Assembly (NCBI RefSeq): GCF_009914755.1
Contig: NC_060935.1
Length of the DNA stretch: 64,000 nt
From: the human T2T-CHM13v2.0 reference genome, Homo sapiens
Direction: 5' to 3' (one strand)
The notes beneath the pieces were generated by a model that saw only the letters and a list, made by a program, of their open reading frames with translations, did not search any database and was not told where the DNA came from. Position 1 is the first letter of the stretch, and every line of letters starts with the position of its first letter. Made by a program: the position numbers and the translations under genes. This document shows positions 50,580-64,000 of the stretch, in pieces.

Positions 50580-51645
50580 CTCAGTACCTCTCATCTGGAT
50601 TTCTGTAGTCTGCAGGCTGACGAGGATTCCTGACTCCAATCTTTCCCCTCTTCAAAGATATTTCCATCCTGCCTCTAGATTGGACCTTTTCAAAACCTCA
50701 ATCATCACTCTTCCACTTGAAACTATTTCCTGTTTCCCAGGGCCTGACATTCCTATGGATCCACCAAAATATTTATGCCTAGTATGTGCCAGGCATCAAG
50801 GGTAAAAGCTCAAATTCTTTAGCCTGGCACATAAAGCCTTCTGTTGTCTGCCCCTTGTCTACCTCCTCAGCAGTATCTCTCAATTCTCCCCTGCTTTGCT
50901 TTCTACACTCCTGCCCAAACCAGACTACTTGGGCATTCCATGGTCACCGTTGCCTCTGAGTCTCCACACATGCTGTCCCTGTAGCTAGAATGGGCTTAAC
51001 CTCTTTGTCTACCTCTTCCTACTTATCAGTCAAGGCCTCTTATTCTTAGGCCTCTTGACTATTGCCCTTTGGGCTCGTATGTGGCAAATGATGTCAACTC
51101 ATCTCGAACTTTTTCTGCACCTAAAGCCAAGTCAATACCTAACTCTGGCCTCCCGGTGAGCTTGCCTACCATAAGAAGAGCAACTCCATCACAGGCTTAG
51201 AGTGATCAATGAACAAGAGGACAGACTCATTTTTTAAGACAGCCTTCTATTTTTCATAAACCATTGAGCTGACCCAATCAAAGAAACTGTCACGCCTATC
51301 ACTTCCCATCCCCCACCAATCACCCCAACGTCCAAACACCAAACTCTGACCTCCTCACTCAGCTGAACTAAGAAATGCTTCCTGGTCTTAGCTCGATTGT
51401 TCCCTGACACTCTAAAGTAGCAGGCACCCCAACCTTATTACTGTTCAGTCACTCATCCTGTTTTGCTTTCCTCCACAGTGTTTATGAGTTCCAGACATAA
51501 TATATATATAATATATTTGTCTATGGTCTGCCTTCCCCACTAAGATAAAAGTAAATACTTTGTCTTATTTACTGTGCAGCTGCAGTGTCTAGAACTGGGC
51601 TTGGCACATAGTAGATGCTCAATGAATATCTGTTGAATGAATGAA
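50580..51645 (+). mobile_element. L2 fragments
   Basis: GGGTAAAAGCTCAAATTCTTTAGCCTGGCACATAAAGCC; tail TGGCACATAGTAGATGCTCAATGAATATCTGTTGAATGAATGAA. Confidence 0.7.
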
Positions 51646-52137
51646 TATAAGCACAAGGAGAGGCACTGACAATTTGATGAAGCCACTATGAACAGGAACT
51701 GTCTCTGCTGACATGTGTAGTATTCTTGCTATAATAAGAATCCTTTTCTGTAAGAATAATAAATCTACTGTCATTTAACTGATTTAAATGACAGGTGGTT
51801 AGGATGGTTATTTATGCTTTCAGCACAAACTTCTTAGGAAGGAGAAAACCACAGAGTCTACAGAGAAGAGATTCAGTCAAAAGCTAAGACCTAAGTCAGT
51901 CCACAAACCTCATTTTAGGGAGCCTCTCATGATACCCCTCCTGGAAGATCCCCTCTCTTTGTGGAAACACCTCTAGAAATCACATGGTAAGTTCACTGTG
52001 CTTTCTCTCACCTTCCCTCCCAATGGCCGAAAGTTGCTTGAGGGAGTGTGGCTCTCTTCTCCATACTGTCAGCCAGCACCTTGCACAGGTATCTGATGCA
52101 TAGTAAGTGCACGGGAGTGAAATAGCATCAAGTGTGA

Positions 52138-52495
<358 letters not shown>

Positions 52496-52519
52496 AGAAC
52501 TTCGGTTCTTAAAAGAGTG

Positions 52520-52827
52520 AAACAAAACATAGAGACAGTTGAGATCAGTCATGGAGGGAGCAATTCAATGAAGACTCTAGGGAATCAGTCTCAAGTGCCC
52601 AGGGCTGGCAACCCTGCAGAGCTCTATGGTGGGCACAGGCCATAGTGCTGCTGGTGGTGGGACCTACTGTGGTCTCAGCTTCCTCATCCCCCTTTGTCCG
52701 TGCCTTGTGCTTCAGCCTTCCTGTTGATTCTGTGTGCTGCCGGATATCCTTACCATAAACCCCTATATTGCTTAGACTAGTGAGAGTTGATTTCTATTGC
52801 TTGGAACCAAGAACTCTGACCAGTACA
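52520..52827 (+). mobile_element. Old ERVL/MaLR LTR 3' part (MLT1-like)
   Basis: Ends CATAAACCCCTATATTGCTTAGACTAGTGAGAGTTGATTTCTATTGCTTGGAACCAAGAACTCTGACCAGTACA. Confidence 0.65.
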
Positions 52828-53291
52828 TTCAACTTGTCTGGATCTCAATTTACCCTAGTGACACACAGGGACAACAACTCTCACTTCGTGATTTGATGTG
52901 AGAGTTAAATGATGTGTTCACAGAAGGCCCTACAACAATGGGAAACACATAGTAAACATTCAGTAAGTATGAATGTCCTTCCCACATCCTTAAAAATGCT
53001 CTGAAACCAACCAACGAGAGGAAATGGGTTACAGCAGTTGCATCGATGCAGGTTTTCCCAGAGGGGTTTTGCTTGAATGTTTGCGAGAAGTAAAACAATG
53101 TTTACCAATCTGCCGGCAGTACAGGCTTAATTAGTGTTTGCAAACTGCTTGACATTCTTGAAAGAAAGGTGCCACCCAAGCACAGGCCATTATCATAATC
53201 AACTGGTGGCACACATGCCTGAAACGAGAAATGCAAAACTACCAAGGATGGGAATGGACTGCATGGAGGCCCAGGCGACAGTAATGTCTCT

Positions 53292-53296
<5 letters not shown>

Positions 53297-53328
<32 letters not shown>
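53297..53328. repeat. A32 homopolymer
   Basis: Direct reading. Confidence 0.95.
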
Positions 53329-53329
<1 letters not shown>

Positions 53330-53986
53330 CCATATTGACATATCATTCACTTACCATATGATACACTTTATTAAAGGGTACAATTCAAGGGTGTATAGTG
53401 TGTTCACAGGTAAGTAGGTAAGTGCAAGCACTGCTGTCAACTTTAGAACATTTTCGTCACCACAAAGAGAAACCCTATACCTTTTAGCTATAACCTCTGT
53501 ACTTCCCAATCTCCCCATCCCTAAGCAACCACTAATCTACTTTCCATCTCAATACATTAGGCATAGTTTTAAATAGTTCATATGGAATCATAATGGAATC
53601 ATGTAATATGGTCTGTTGTGATTGGCTTCTTTCCCTTAGTTGATGTTTTTGAGGTTCATCCGTGTTTCAGTATGTATCAGTATATCATATCTTTCTGTGG
53701 CCAAATAGTATCCCACCCCATACCATGCACTGTATGAATACACCACACTGTGTGTATCCGTCCATCCGTTGTTGGACATTTGGATGATCTCCACCTCTTT
53801 GCTATTTGCATGGCTTTGCTCCTGCCATGAACGTTCATATACAAGTTTTTGTTTCAACACATGTTTTTAATTCTTTTGGGTGCATACGTAGGCGTGGAAT
53901 TGCTGGGTCTTATGGTACGTTTAACTTTTTAAGGAACCACCAGACTGTTTTCTGCAGCAGCGGCGCCAGGTTACAGTCCCACCAGA
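53329..53986 (-). mobile_element. L1MB-like 3' end
   Basis: CCCTAAGCAACCACTAATCTACTTTC, TGAGGTTCATCCGTG, GGAATTGCTGGGTC...AGGAACCACCAGACTGTTTTC; ORF 53636-53860 is a decayed ORF2 C-terminus. Confidence 0.88.
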
Positions 53987-54714
53987 CTAATGTCTTTTTG
54001 ATCTCATAAAGATGTTGGCACTTCCTGATATTTATAAATATTCATGCTAGAACCCTTTAAGACATTTTTTTCATTATTCAGAAAATTGTACACAGTTTCT
54101 GCCTTCACACGTCTGCCCACTATGTCCTTTGCTGCCAAAGCGTATCCAGCTTCTCTCCAGTCAGACGTGCACCACACCTCTGTTGCTGTGTTGGATTTCA
54201 AAATTCAGCAGTCCTACCCCCTTCCACTCTAAGCCGTGCTGCAGACTTTATGACTAACTAGCTACGTAGCCATCTCTAAGTCAGCCAGCGTTACACCCCG
54301 TCTCACACTCTTCTCATATATTTAGTTTCATTGCTCTGAGAGTAAATGAAGAAATAATAATCACGTGTTTTCTCTTATTTGGTCCTAACTAGTTCGTATG
54401 TGTACAAACCCCTGATCTGAAGCTTAACTTTTTAACATGTATGATGGAAAAAAAATCATAATTTTGCACATTCACCACTTGAAAAGATAGTATGCTTAAT
54501 CATAAACAAATAATTACAGGAATGTTTCATCTGACCATGGAGTGTTTTTAAATGTATCGAACTTGCAATCTTTCACAGGGCAGGATGCCCCAGGTCCCCC
54601 TAAAGCCTTCCAGCTTCCCACTTTCTTTCACCCAGCCTAATTCACACATTTATATTTCCTGCCTGAATTCTGTGGGCTTTTGAATTTGCATTCCCCTGTA
54701 TAAGGGATCCCTGA

Positions 54715-55045
<331 letters not shown>

Positions 55046-55174
55046 TGGGTTTCAGTTCTTATGAGAACATAATATATCCAAGCCTCACCATACTTGAAGC
55101 ACATTTTACATGTTAATTACAAATTCTCTGTTAGGGAAATGGTGAGTGAATTGGCAACGCCACATGGCATCCAG

Positions 55175-55330
55175 TCGGACATACATTTAAGGCTTTAGTT
55201 TCATGTCCACTAGCTGCGTGATCTCAGGAAGTTACTTAACAGCTTTGGCTATGAGTTTCCTCATCTGTAATACTGGGATAATAATAGTGACCCCACTGGG
55301 TTCTTATGATGATGAACTGAAATAGAGATC
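55175..55330 (+). mobile_element. MIR
   Basis: CACTAGCTGCGTGATCTCAGGAAGTTACTTAAC...AGTTTCCTCATCTGTAATACTGGGATAATAATAGT. Confidence 0.8.
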
Positions 55331-58300
55331 AGTAAAAACTATTACTATTTTTAGTACCTTTCTTTCTCTAAGGATCTTTATTTGCTGGGACACAGCCATG
55401 TATGTTTGAATGCAATGTGTTTTCATTTGGGAAAAATTTGAAGTAACAGCACTGAATCCTTGCTAAACAATAAAATACTCCTCCTCTCGTGTCATGACAC
55501 TTCGCCTCTCCATGTGTCTGTTTCTCTTCCATTGTAATACCTGACATATATTCACATTGCACCGAATGTCAGTGGTCGGCTGACTGGAATGGTGGTGAGA
55601 GGAAAGAGAAGCTAGAGGTGCCAGTGGTATCCTTGACATGCCCAGCAGCGGCCCCTCCTGTGTCAACCCAGGCACTGGGACGGGCCCTGAGTGCTCCTGC
55701 CAATTGCATCCGTTGAGATGAAAATTATTATTTATTTCAGGGCCCGGTATCAACACTTCTCTGCAAATAAGAGACAGGCTGATCCTCTGCACCAGCAGGT
55801 AGCAATCCCCAACAGCTCCTGCTTCAATTGGACTTTTTTTCCCCACTGCATTTCTTTCTTTAAAATGTATTTTAGAATTCAGATGTTCCATTAATTCATA
55901 CTGGTCTTTACCACAACTGGTAGATGTTTGGATATTTTCATTATTTAAAAGTGCTTGGAATGTTTTTAAATCATAGAATTGAAATGCAATATTCTCAACT
56001 AGTAGTAAGAGTAAAAAAATAATGATAATTATGTTTATTTTGCCTAAGATCTGTAACAGGTTTGTGACAGGAGAACTCACATTGCTTGTCTTAATATCGA
56101 AAGCAGGCTCCCCCTACCCCCACCTTCAGGGTTCTCTCCCCAGTGCAGAGCACAGGACTTCATCACCCCTTGGGGCAGACGGGCTTCTTGGCACAGCTAG
56201 TGAGGAGGAATAGCTGAAAGAAGTTAAAGACATCATTTCCTACCAGGGAAAATGCTAAGCTTCCATTTCCTGAGATAAATCATGTCTATCTAAGTGTAGA
56301 AATTCATTTTTTGACAGATAGATGATGAGCCTTGAGACATGCAAACCACACACATAACAGGTGGACTCCAGTTGCTTCACTGAGTTTGAATTCTGTGAAA
56401 GAGCTGAGGAAACCTTGGCTCAAGTGTGGTTCTACCTTCTCCATGAAGCATCCAGAAGGAGACAGGCTCCCCAAAGGAGGAAATAAAATCAGACTAATAT
56501 CGCATGATGTGAGTCTTCTGGTTTGGTTTTTCTCCTTCCAATGTCTTATTTTGTAATGGTTGACCATCCAGGTTAAATTTCCTAAAAGCTTATTTTCATA
56601 CATCTACTTCTTCACTAAAACACCTTCAGCGGCCCTCCAGTAACGCTTTAGTCTTACTTTAAAGGCACTCCGGAATCAATCCACAATTTACGTCCCTGAC
56701 TTATCCCATTATACTCCGATCCGAGCTCTCTGGCATCTGGTCAGGCCACAGTAGCACCCATTTTTATTCATCACGTTGTGTCTGGAAAGTGACCTGGTCT
56801 CCTACTTGCTTTCCTTCCAGCTCGGCCCTTGCACCGTCTTCTCTGACTGCCCAGCCACCTACCCTCCATGGTCTCCAGCATCTCTGAAAGTATTATCTGT
56901 GCTTATCACTTACAGCCTGAAATATGCCATGTTTTTTCAAGAAGACCATAAGAACCTTAAAAATGAGGTCTACGTTGCCCTATTTTTATTCTTAGCAACT
57001 AATATGGTTCCCTGTGCTTTGGAGAAAAAAATGCCAGTAATGTTTTTGAGAAGAATACCAACGCAGAAAATTGCTTTCCTGAGGTTCTATAGAGTCTTCT
57101 CCTTGTAGAGACCAGATAATTCCCTACCTTCTCCCTAAGCCTCTTCTCAGCTGCTACAGCCAAGAAGCTTCTGGCCTTCTCTCCCTTCCCCACAGAAAGG
57201 ATGTGGGTTGGAGATGGATTCAAACAAAGGAATCAATAGCTGTCATGTAGATGATGCTCCCAGGAGATGGGGCCATGCCAAATCCAGTTTTCCTTTCAAT
57301 GCACTTGGCTCGAGCCACACACCTGGTGGTCACGGCCCATCCGAGAAGCAACCAATTCAAGCAGAGGACCGGCTTTCTGAGAGGGGAACTTGGCAAACCC
57401 AAGTTGCCACGGTAACCAGGCTCCCAGCTTCAACATTTTCTACTTATGTTTTGTAGTTTAGGGTTTATGTTTTGAAGAGTTTTTTTTTCCTCTTCCTTTT
57501 AACCTCCAAATCTGTGAGAAAATGTCTGCCGGGGGAATTAAGAGAACACACTGCATCTAACTGACTAGGAGCTATGGGGACATAAAGGACTCTGAGACTG
57601 AAAAAATAACACATAGGACTTGGAATCCAAGCAACAGGATATTAGAGCTGTGGGTTGCAGGTGGGTGTCCAGCCCTCCTGTGTGGCCTCCTTTTTTATTC
57701 AACCCATTTTTTTATATGTCATAATGACCACATTCCATTTTTTAAAGCATCAAAAAATCTTACATTTCTTGGGTCTGGTAGTATTTTTAAGAGAAATAGG
57801 GCTCAAAACATGTTCAAAAGGGCTATTTGCCATGCAGTTAGTCCCAAATTCTCTCATCCCGTTTTCCTGCCAGCGGGGAAATATCATCACTCACTCAATA
57901 TATCAACTGAACTGACCTATGGGGATAATTCTTGGAGACAGGAAAAAAGATAATGCCCAAGAGGACCCGAGGACCAAGGAGCATTTGTGGGAAGGCTGAA
58001 TGCTGATTCCAACCCATCACTTTGCAGTTGGTAGCTCCAGTTCTAAATGGCTAGTTGAGGCACCCGTGAAAGAGAGAATGACAAAGCTGGAGGTGCAGAT
58101 GCAATCCCCCCTGCTACTGTTTTGTCCTAAGTTTCTGTGCCAGAATGGTAGGTTTGGCAGATTTAAAGTTGTAATGAAAATGGAGTACCCTAACTTTGCC
58201 AATTACAGAAAGAATGCTGCTTATCTCTCCTGTTAGCTGCTAAGATGCCTTAAGGGTATAGATGAGAGACACAGACGGAAGAAGAGAAGAGTTATTAAAT

Positions 58301-61300
58301 TTTGAACCCGACACAGGGAAAAATTAGAGATAAACAGATGAGAAATAGAACATCTTAGATCTCGGCTAAGAGATCACGTGGATGAGATCATCAGTAACTT
58401 TAAGCTACATAAAACAGCAAACTCAATACTCAGACTCATATAGGTTACATATAATGAATTTTGCACATAATATATATTATACATATATTACATTTTTACA
58501 TATAACTGTATATATAATTTTAACACATGCTGTCATGTATTGACGTAGTTTTCAATATGCAATTTCCAGTAAACTACACAGATGAAGACTTCAAAAACTG
58601 TTTTTCTTCTGACGTATAGCTGCACATGTATGGCATGCATCATTTCCAGAGGACATGATAATCATCTATCAGTTTTAAGAGCTAAACTGAGCCCATGGAG
58701 ATAATTAGCTCAGGCACACAATGATAAACATGTCAAGATGGGAGATGCATTTCTTTCCTTAAACAAGAAATGGCAATATGATGGAAAACATGGTTCCACA
58801 GTGGGTGGACAACATGCCTGTAATCAATCTTCCATAATAAATTATCTCTTAATTTAAGCTAATCTGTATTGGCCAGAAAATATCTGGTGATAGGATCATA
58901 AATTTGGGAATGAAGTTCTAGACTTTGAAATAAGCCTACAGGTCTCAAGGGTTCTCAGGTCAGCTCTTCTATTCTTGGGTAAGTCCCCTCTTACTCCACC
59001 ATCATCTACCATCATCATCGTCATCTCAGGTTTCATGCTATATTTAACAAAGTTTGAAAACATTATCTCAGATTTTTATCTACAGATGCATTTCAACACC
59101 TCACAGCCATTATTAAGTCACGGCATTTCTCCCGACGGCTTCTTTAAATCCACTGCTGCTACAAAAACAACATTTTTTTCCAATTGTTTTTTTCTTCTGT
59201 GAAGAAGGGAGGCAATAAGTATTTGGAAATTTGGGGCCAAGAGGAATAGTAACTGTGTAGCGTGCAAATGACTAGATGCCTACAAATCTCTTTTTTGGTG
59301 ATAAATCCCATTAGTTTTAAGACAAATCATCAATTTTATATTAGATTTCTTTGGAGGCAAAATAAAATTTAAACTCATATTGAAAGACACATTTACATTT
59401 CAGAACCATTAAAATGGGAGGCATAATTAATGTTTACCTTAGAACTAGAAATATATTGTTTTGTTTGGTTTCATTTAATTGTTTTGTCATGAAACTAACT
59501 GTGTAATGGCCATTTAGCATACGAAAACCAGGGCTTATTTCTGGGTTAATTTAATACCAGGAGAAACTTCACATATACTCCTAAATATTACAATAGTGTG
59601 CTCTCAGTCTTGGTGTCACATGGCTAAAGAAAAACTCAGACTAAGTAGAAAATGAATGACAGTGGCTCAGGACCTCTCAGGTAGATGATATCCCAAGGCT
59701 GAGGATTCCCCTAGATTTGTTTTCCTCTTCCATGCACTTAGTTTTTGATTGTTAGGCATTCATCAATTCAAAATGGAATGTGAGATTGCCACTTCTAAAT
59801 AAGACACATTAACTAGTAGTAGACTAGCCCTATCACCTTAAATAACCATAGAAATGGAATAAAATACATAGAGCAATTTTTTTTTTCAAGCAATGGACCA
59901 CAGGCAGTCCCAGACTGCAATCTCTGAGAGAAGGTAAATGCAGGAGGTGAGCCCTACGATTTCCTCAGGTCTCTATCTGTGGATAATTTCCTGACCTTAG
60001 CACCATAAGTTGGAGTCCAGTGATATCACAGTAGCCCTACTGAGCTAAAGACACAGAATTCAGAGTTTATAGGAACCAAAGAGGTTAGGATGTGCAAGGC
60101 AAAGAACCAGAGAGGAGAAAGCTGCACATTTGGGGGGTTGGGAGAAGGGCATGAGTTTACATAGGGGTTTCTCACACATCTGTGGCCAAAGGCTAGGTTG
60201 CATGTGCGCAGGGTTAAACTGGACAAAGCTTACCAGAGAGTAAATAACTGTAGGTTGACAATAGAAGCAGTTATCAAAGGTAAAGTAGTTCTGGGGACAT
60301 TGGAAGTCTTGGCCCACCTGAGTGGAGAAACTCCATTAACATTGTGTTAACTCCCCAGAAATCCAGCTAAGATATCAGAGAGGTCATGCCCTAGGAGGAA
60401 GGAACAAGCCTTAGGAAGGACCAAGTCTAAAAGCAAGCACTGACAAAGTCCTCAGAGGAGAAAGAGTTTGGCAGTTGAGTATTACTAAGTTAGAATGCCT
60501 TTGGAAATACCTTGGGATTTCGACAAATTATTCCAATAAAGCATAAATTCAAGTCTATATAAATTCAAAGACATTAGTCAATAATTAAACTACCTGTAGA
60601 ATAAAAATTATCACTTTTCAAAGAAAGATTACAGAAATGAGTCTCCTTTTTTATTCAACCCATTTTTTTATATGTCATAATGAGCACATCCCATTTTATT
60701 ATAATGTACCACCAACAATGTCCACTAAACTATAAAAAATTACTGGATATACAAAAAAAAATAGGAAACTATGACCCATAGTCAAGAAAAGAAGCTAGTT
60801 AGTGGAATCGTACCCTCAGATGATCTGGATGTTGGCTTCAGCAGGCAAAAATTTTAAAGCAGAATTTATAAATATGCTCAAAGAATTTCTAAAAATTCAA
60901 GAATATGGTCAAAATGAGAAAATGTATGGAGACTTTCAGCAGAGAAAAGTTATTTTCAAAAAAGAATCACAGGAAAGTTCTAGAAGGAAAAAATACAATA
61001 GTTAAAATTTTTAAACTCATTGGACAAACTTAACAGCAGATTGGAGGTGACAGAAAATTCAGTAAACTTGAGAAATTATCAATACACAAACTGAATTTTA
61101 AGAAGAAGGGAAAATGTTTGAAGCAAAATGAATGAGCCCCAGGGATCCATGGACCACATTTAAACAGTCTAACACACAGATCATAGGTGTGCAGAGAAGA
61201 GAATGAAATGGGGCAGAAAAATATTTTAAAAATGCAATAGCTGAATACTTGCCAAATTTGATGTAAAATAACAACAAACCTAAGTGGGACAAATACAAGG

Positions 61301-61746
61301 AGAACCATGGTAGGCACATTAGAGGAAAACTACTAAACCCCAAAGAGAAAAATCTCGAAACCGCTGACAGCAGTGGGGAGCAGGGGACATATTACACATA
61401 GGGAAACAGCAGTGAGGATTGTCAGATTTATATTTGACTCACAGAAACAGCAGAAGCCAGAAAACAATAGAACATCTTTAAAGCACTGAAAGAAAATCAA
61501 CTTTCAACCTAGAGCTCTACTTGTAGTGAAAATATCCTTTAAAACAGAGGGTGAAATACAGACATATTTAGGTAAATTAAAGCTGAAAAAGTGTTTCACC
61601 GACAGACATATGAGATAAGGAGTGCTGAGGAATGACACTTGGTTCTCTAAGGAGGCAAGGAGCACAACAGAAAGGATGAATGAGGAAACATGAAACACTA
61701 TGGCTTTTTTCCTTCTCAGTTTTCTTCCAAAAAACCCTTCTCACTA

Positions 61747-62824
61747 CAGGTAGTCCTCACTTTGTATGATAGTATGGGATCATAAAAATGACTGAACACA
61801 TTGAAGTTATGTGTTAAAAAGTGATTTCAATAATCAATGGGAAAATTATGATAGCTCCATGACCTTTAAAAATTTTCATTAAAATCCTCTTTTACTATGG
61901 GTTATATAAATGTATAAGAAAATAAAGAATTAGTAAAAATTAATATGTATTTGTTATACTGTAATTTAAAACTAGAAACATTGAGAATGAAGGGTTTTCT
62001 TTGTAAAAACAGATGATCAAGAGGAGTTTGAGAAGTCCTTGCCTTCTGCTCTTTACATAACTTATGATACCGAGTGAGCAGCTTTTCTATGTCTTGGAAC
62101 ATTGTTATACTCTTAAATTTTGAATCAGTTTTCAACATTTCTTCCTGTGTGTGTTCAATGTCATGACGTAAGTCTGAGAGTTCTTTTATGCAGTTGTGGT
62201 TTTTATTATTTAGTGGCATTACTTCTGAGACACCATCCTCCATTTTCCTCCCAGCCACTTTCTTCATTTATGCTGGTAAGTTTGCCTTCACTAAGCTGCT
62301 CTGGTTGAACATCTAGAGCCTCGTGAATGCTGGCAGTCTCAGCATCCCCACAGTCAGGTATTTCTCCTGTAACTCCACTGATGTTCTAGGCAAATTTTGC
62401 GTCTATCATTAGCCCTTTTCATTTCTTTCCTGCACTTTGATCTTTGATGGTCAATTTCTTCAGTTGAGTATCCATTTTTGTGAAATGTTCTGTGGGTTTG
62501 TCACTGGAAGGCAAAGAGGTGACACACCCACATGTTTTGCTGTCTGTGCAAAAACTAAATAACAGATGCAGAGTGACATATTCACAATAGATTTTGAAAG
62601 AAGTGACAAGATTGCTTACTGATCGTGATGTGCATCTGTCACTTAGGTTGTGATTTGTGGACTGAAGAGCTCACAGCAAAGTTTATATCTTGTAAAATTA
62701 GTCACAGTTAACACACTGTGCTAACTAAAATATAAATCGTGCTGTTGGAGGACCAGTATTAATTAAACAAATGCAATAACTGGAATTTGTGCATATCAAA
62801 ACTGTGCAAAGCAAAGACTACCTC
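61747..62824 (-). mobile_element. TcMar-Tigger DNA transposon, internally deleted
   Basis: TIRs CAGGTAGTCCTCACTTTG / CAAAGCAAAGACTACCTC with TA on both flanks; ORF 61902-62267 (-) resembles a pogo/Tigger transposase C-terminus. Confidence 0.88.
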
Positions 62825-63009
62825 TACCTAAAGCAAATATAATGTGGGGTAGGTTTCTAACATGCATAATTTTAAAATGTTAACATAATAGCACAACATT
62901 GGTGGGTGGGTAAAATGGAATCATACCACTATATAGCCATTACAGTTGTGAAATAATACAGTAAGGAGAAATACATGAAGTGGTGTGTGTTACAATATTG
63001 ACTCTGATT

Positions 63010-63692
63010 AAATTTTAATTGAAATTTTAGTTGAAATAATTCTAGAATACCAGGGACTTGTAAGAAATAATTCAGAGAGATCGTATGCACTCTTTACCCA
63101 TTTGCCCCAACAGTAACATATTACAAACCTATAGTACCACATCATAACCAGAATACTGACATTGATCTAATCCATAGATCTGACTCAGATTTCCCCAGTT
63201 TTATTTGTACTTAATTATGTGTGTGTATTTAAGTTCTGTATAATTCTATCACAGGTGTAAGTTCTTGTTCCACCACGGCAGTCAGGATGCAGAGCCGTTC
63301 TACAGCCACAAGGATCCCTCCTGCTGCCCTTTTAAAGCCACACCCAGCTCCCTCCCCATTCTCTAATCTTTAGCAACCAGTACTCTATTTTCCATTTTTA
63401 AAATTTTGTCATAAAAAATTACATAAATGTAGTTATACAATAGGTAACCTTTGGGGATTTTTTAAAATCGGAATAATCCTCTGGAAATTCACGCAAGCAG
63501 TTGCATGTATCAGTAGTTTGTGCGTTTTTATTGTTGTGTAGTATTCTGTGGTGTGGACGTACCACAGATTGTTTAACACATCATCCATTGAGGCACATCT
63601 TGGTTGCTTCCAATTTGAGGTTACTACAAACAAAGCTGCTATGAGCATCTGTTTACATGTTTTTATGTGAGCATAAATTTTAATTTCTTTGG
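63010..63692 (-). mobile_element. L1MC-like 3' end
   Basis: GTAAGAAATAATTCAGAGAGATC...CCACAAGGATCCCTCCTGCTGCCCTTTT; ORF 63433-63648 (IAALFVVTSNWKQPRC...LWYVHTTEYY) is the L1 ORF2 C-terminus. Confidence 0.88.
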
Positions 63693-64000
63693 CATTTAGA
63701 ATTTAAAAATGCGTATTATTATCCCCAGAACAGTAAAAAAAAAAAATACAAAGAATTATTTCTATGAGCTAGTTGAGGAAATAAATTGGAATAATATAAA
63801 ATATTTCAGTAATCTAAAAGAAGACGGAAAGAAAAACAGAAAGCACAAATTGGAAAATGGTAAATTTAAACCCAATCATATGAATTATTACATTCAATGT
63901 AAATAGGTTTGAAGTAACACTAAGAGACTCGTTGTATAATCGGATTGACAAGAATCAGCTATCATGCAATATCAAACCTTACTACAAGTTTTAAGAATGT

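Larger units (their letters stand above)
59785..64000 (+). mobile_element. Old L1M 5' region (5' UTR, ORF1, inter-ORF, ORF2 start), interrupted by younger elements
   Basis: ORF1 remnant QMIWMLASAGKNFKAEFINMLKE at 60802; AAATATCCTTTAAAACAGAGGGTGAAATACAGACAT; resumes at 62827 and ~63700; ATTACATTCAATGTAAATAG resembles the ORF2 endonuclease start. Confidence 0.8.

Noticed and set aside
55463-56080. 205-aa minus-strand ORF
   Set aside because: Non-ATG start and no recognisable homology; the hydrophobic stretch reflects AT-rich DNA. Same verdict for the 199-aa ORF at 48227-48826.

Overview
Primate, most likely human, genomic DNA. The only supportable protein-coding sequence is the first coding exon (exon 1a) of OPCML, an IgLON-family GPI-anchored neural adhesion gene at human 11q25. 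It lies on the minus strand: CDS 25873-25813 encodes the signal peptide [20 protein letters not shown](G) and ends at a phase-1 donor. Bases 1-25812 are the start of its very long first intron; ~26050-64000 is the 1a promoter and upstream flank. The rest is interspersed repeats (Alu, L1, HAL1-like, L2, MIR, MER21, MER5/MER20/MER102, Tigger), two minisatellites (39-bp unit at 12.1 kb; 18-bp unit, ~1.28 kb, at 39.4-40.7 kb) and microsatellites. The long ORFs in the track are artefacts of tandem repeats or decayed transposons. I cannot demonstrate a new biological system from sequence alone. The best leads are: a candidate CU-repeat-flanked cryptic poison exon just inside intron 1; splice signals for a head-to-head antisense transcript over the 1a promoter; a 55-bp templated insertion copied across ~3 kb into an old L1; the G-rich VNTR; and several compact neuronal-type motif clusters. 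Repeat family names and boundaries come from recalled consensus sequences and are approximate.
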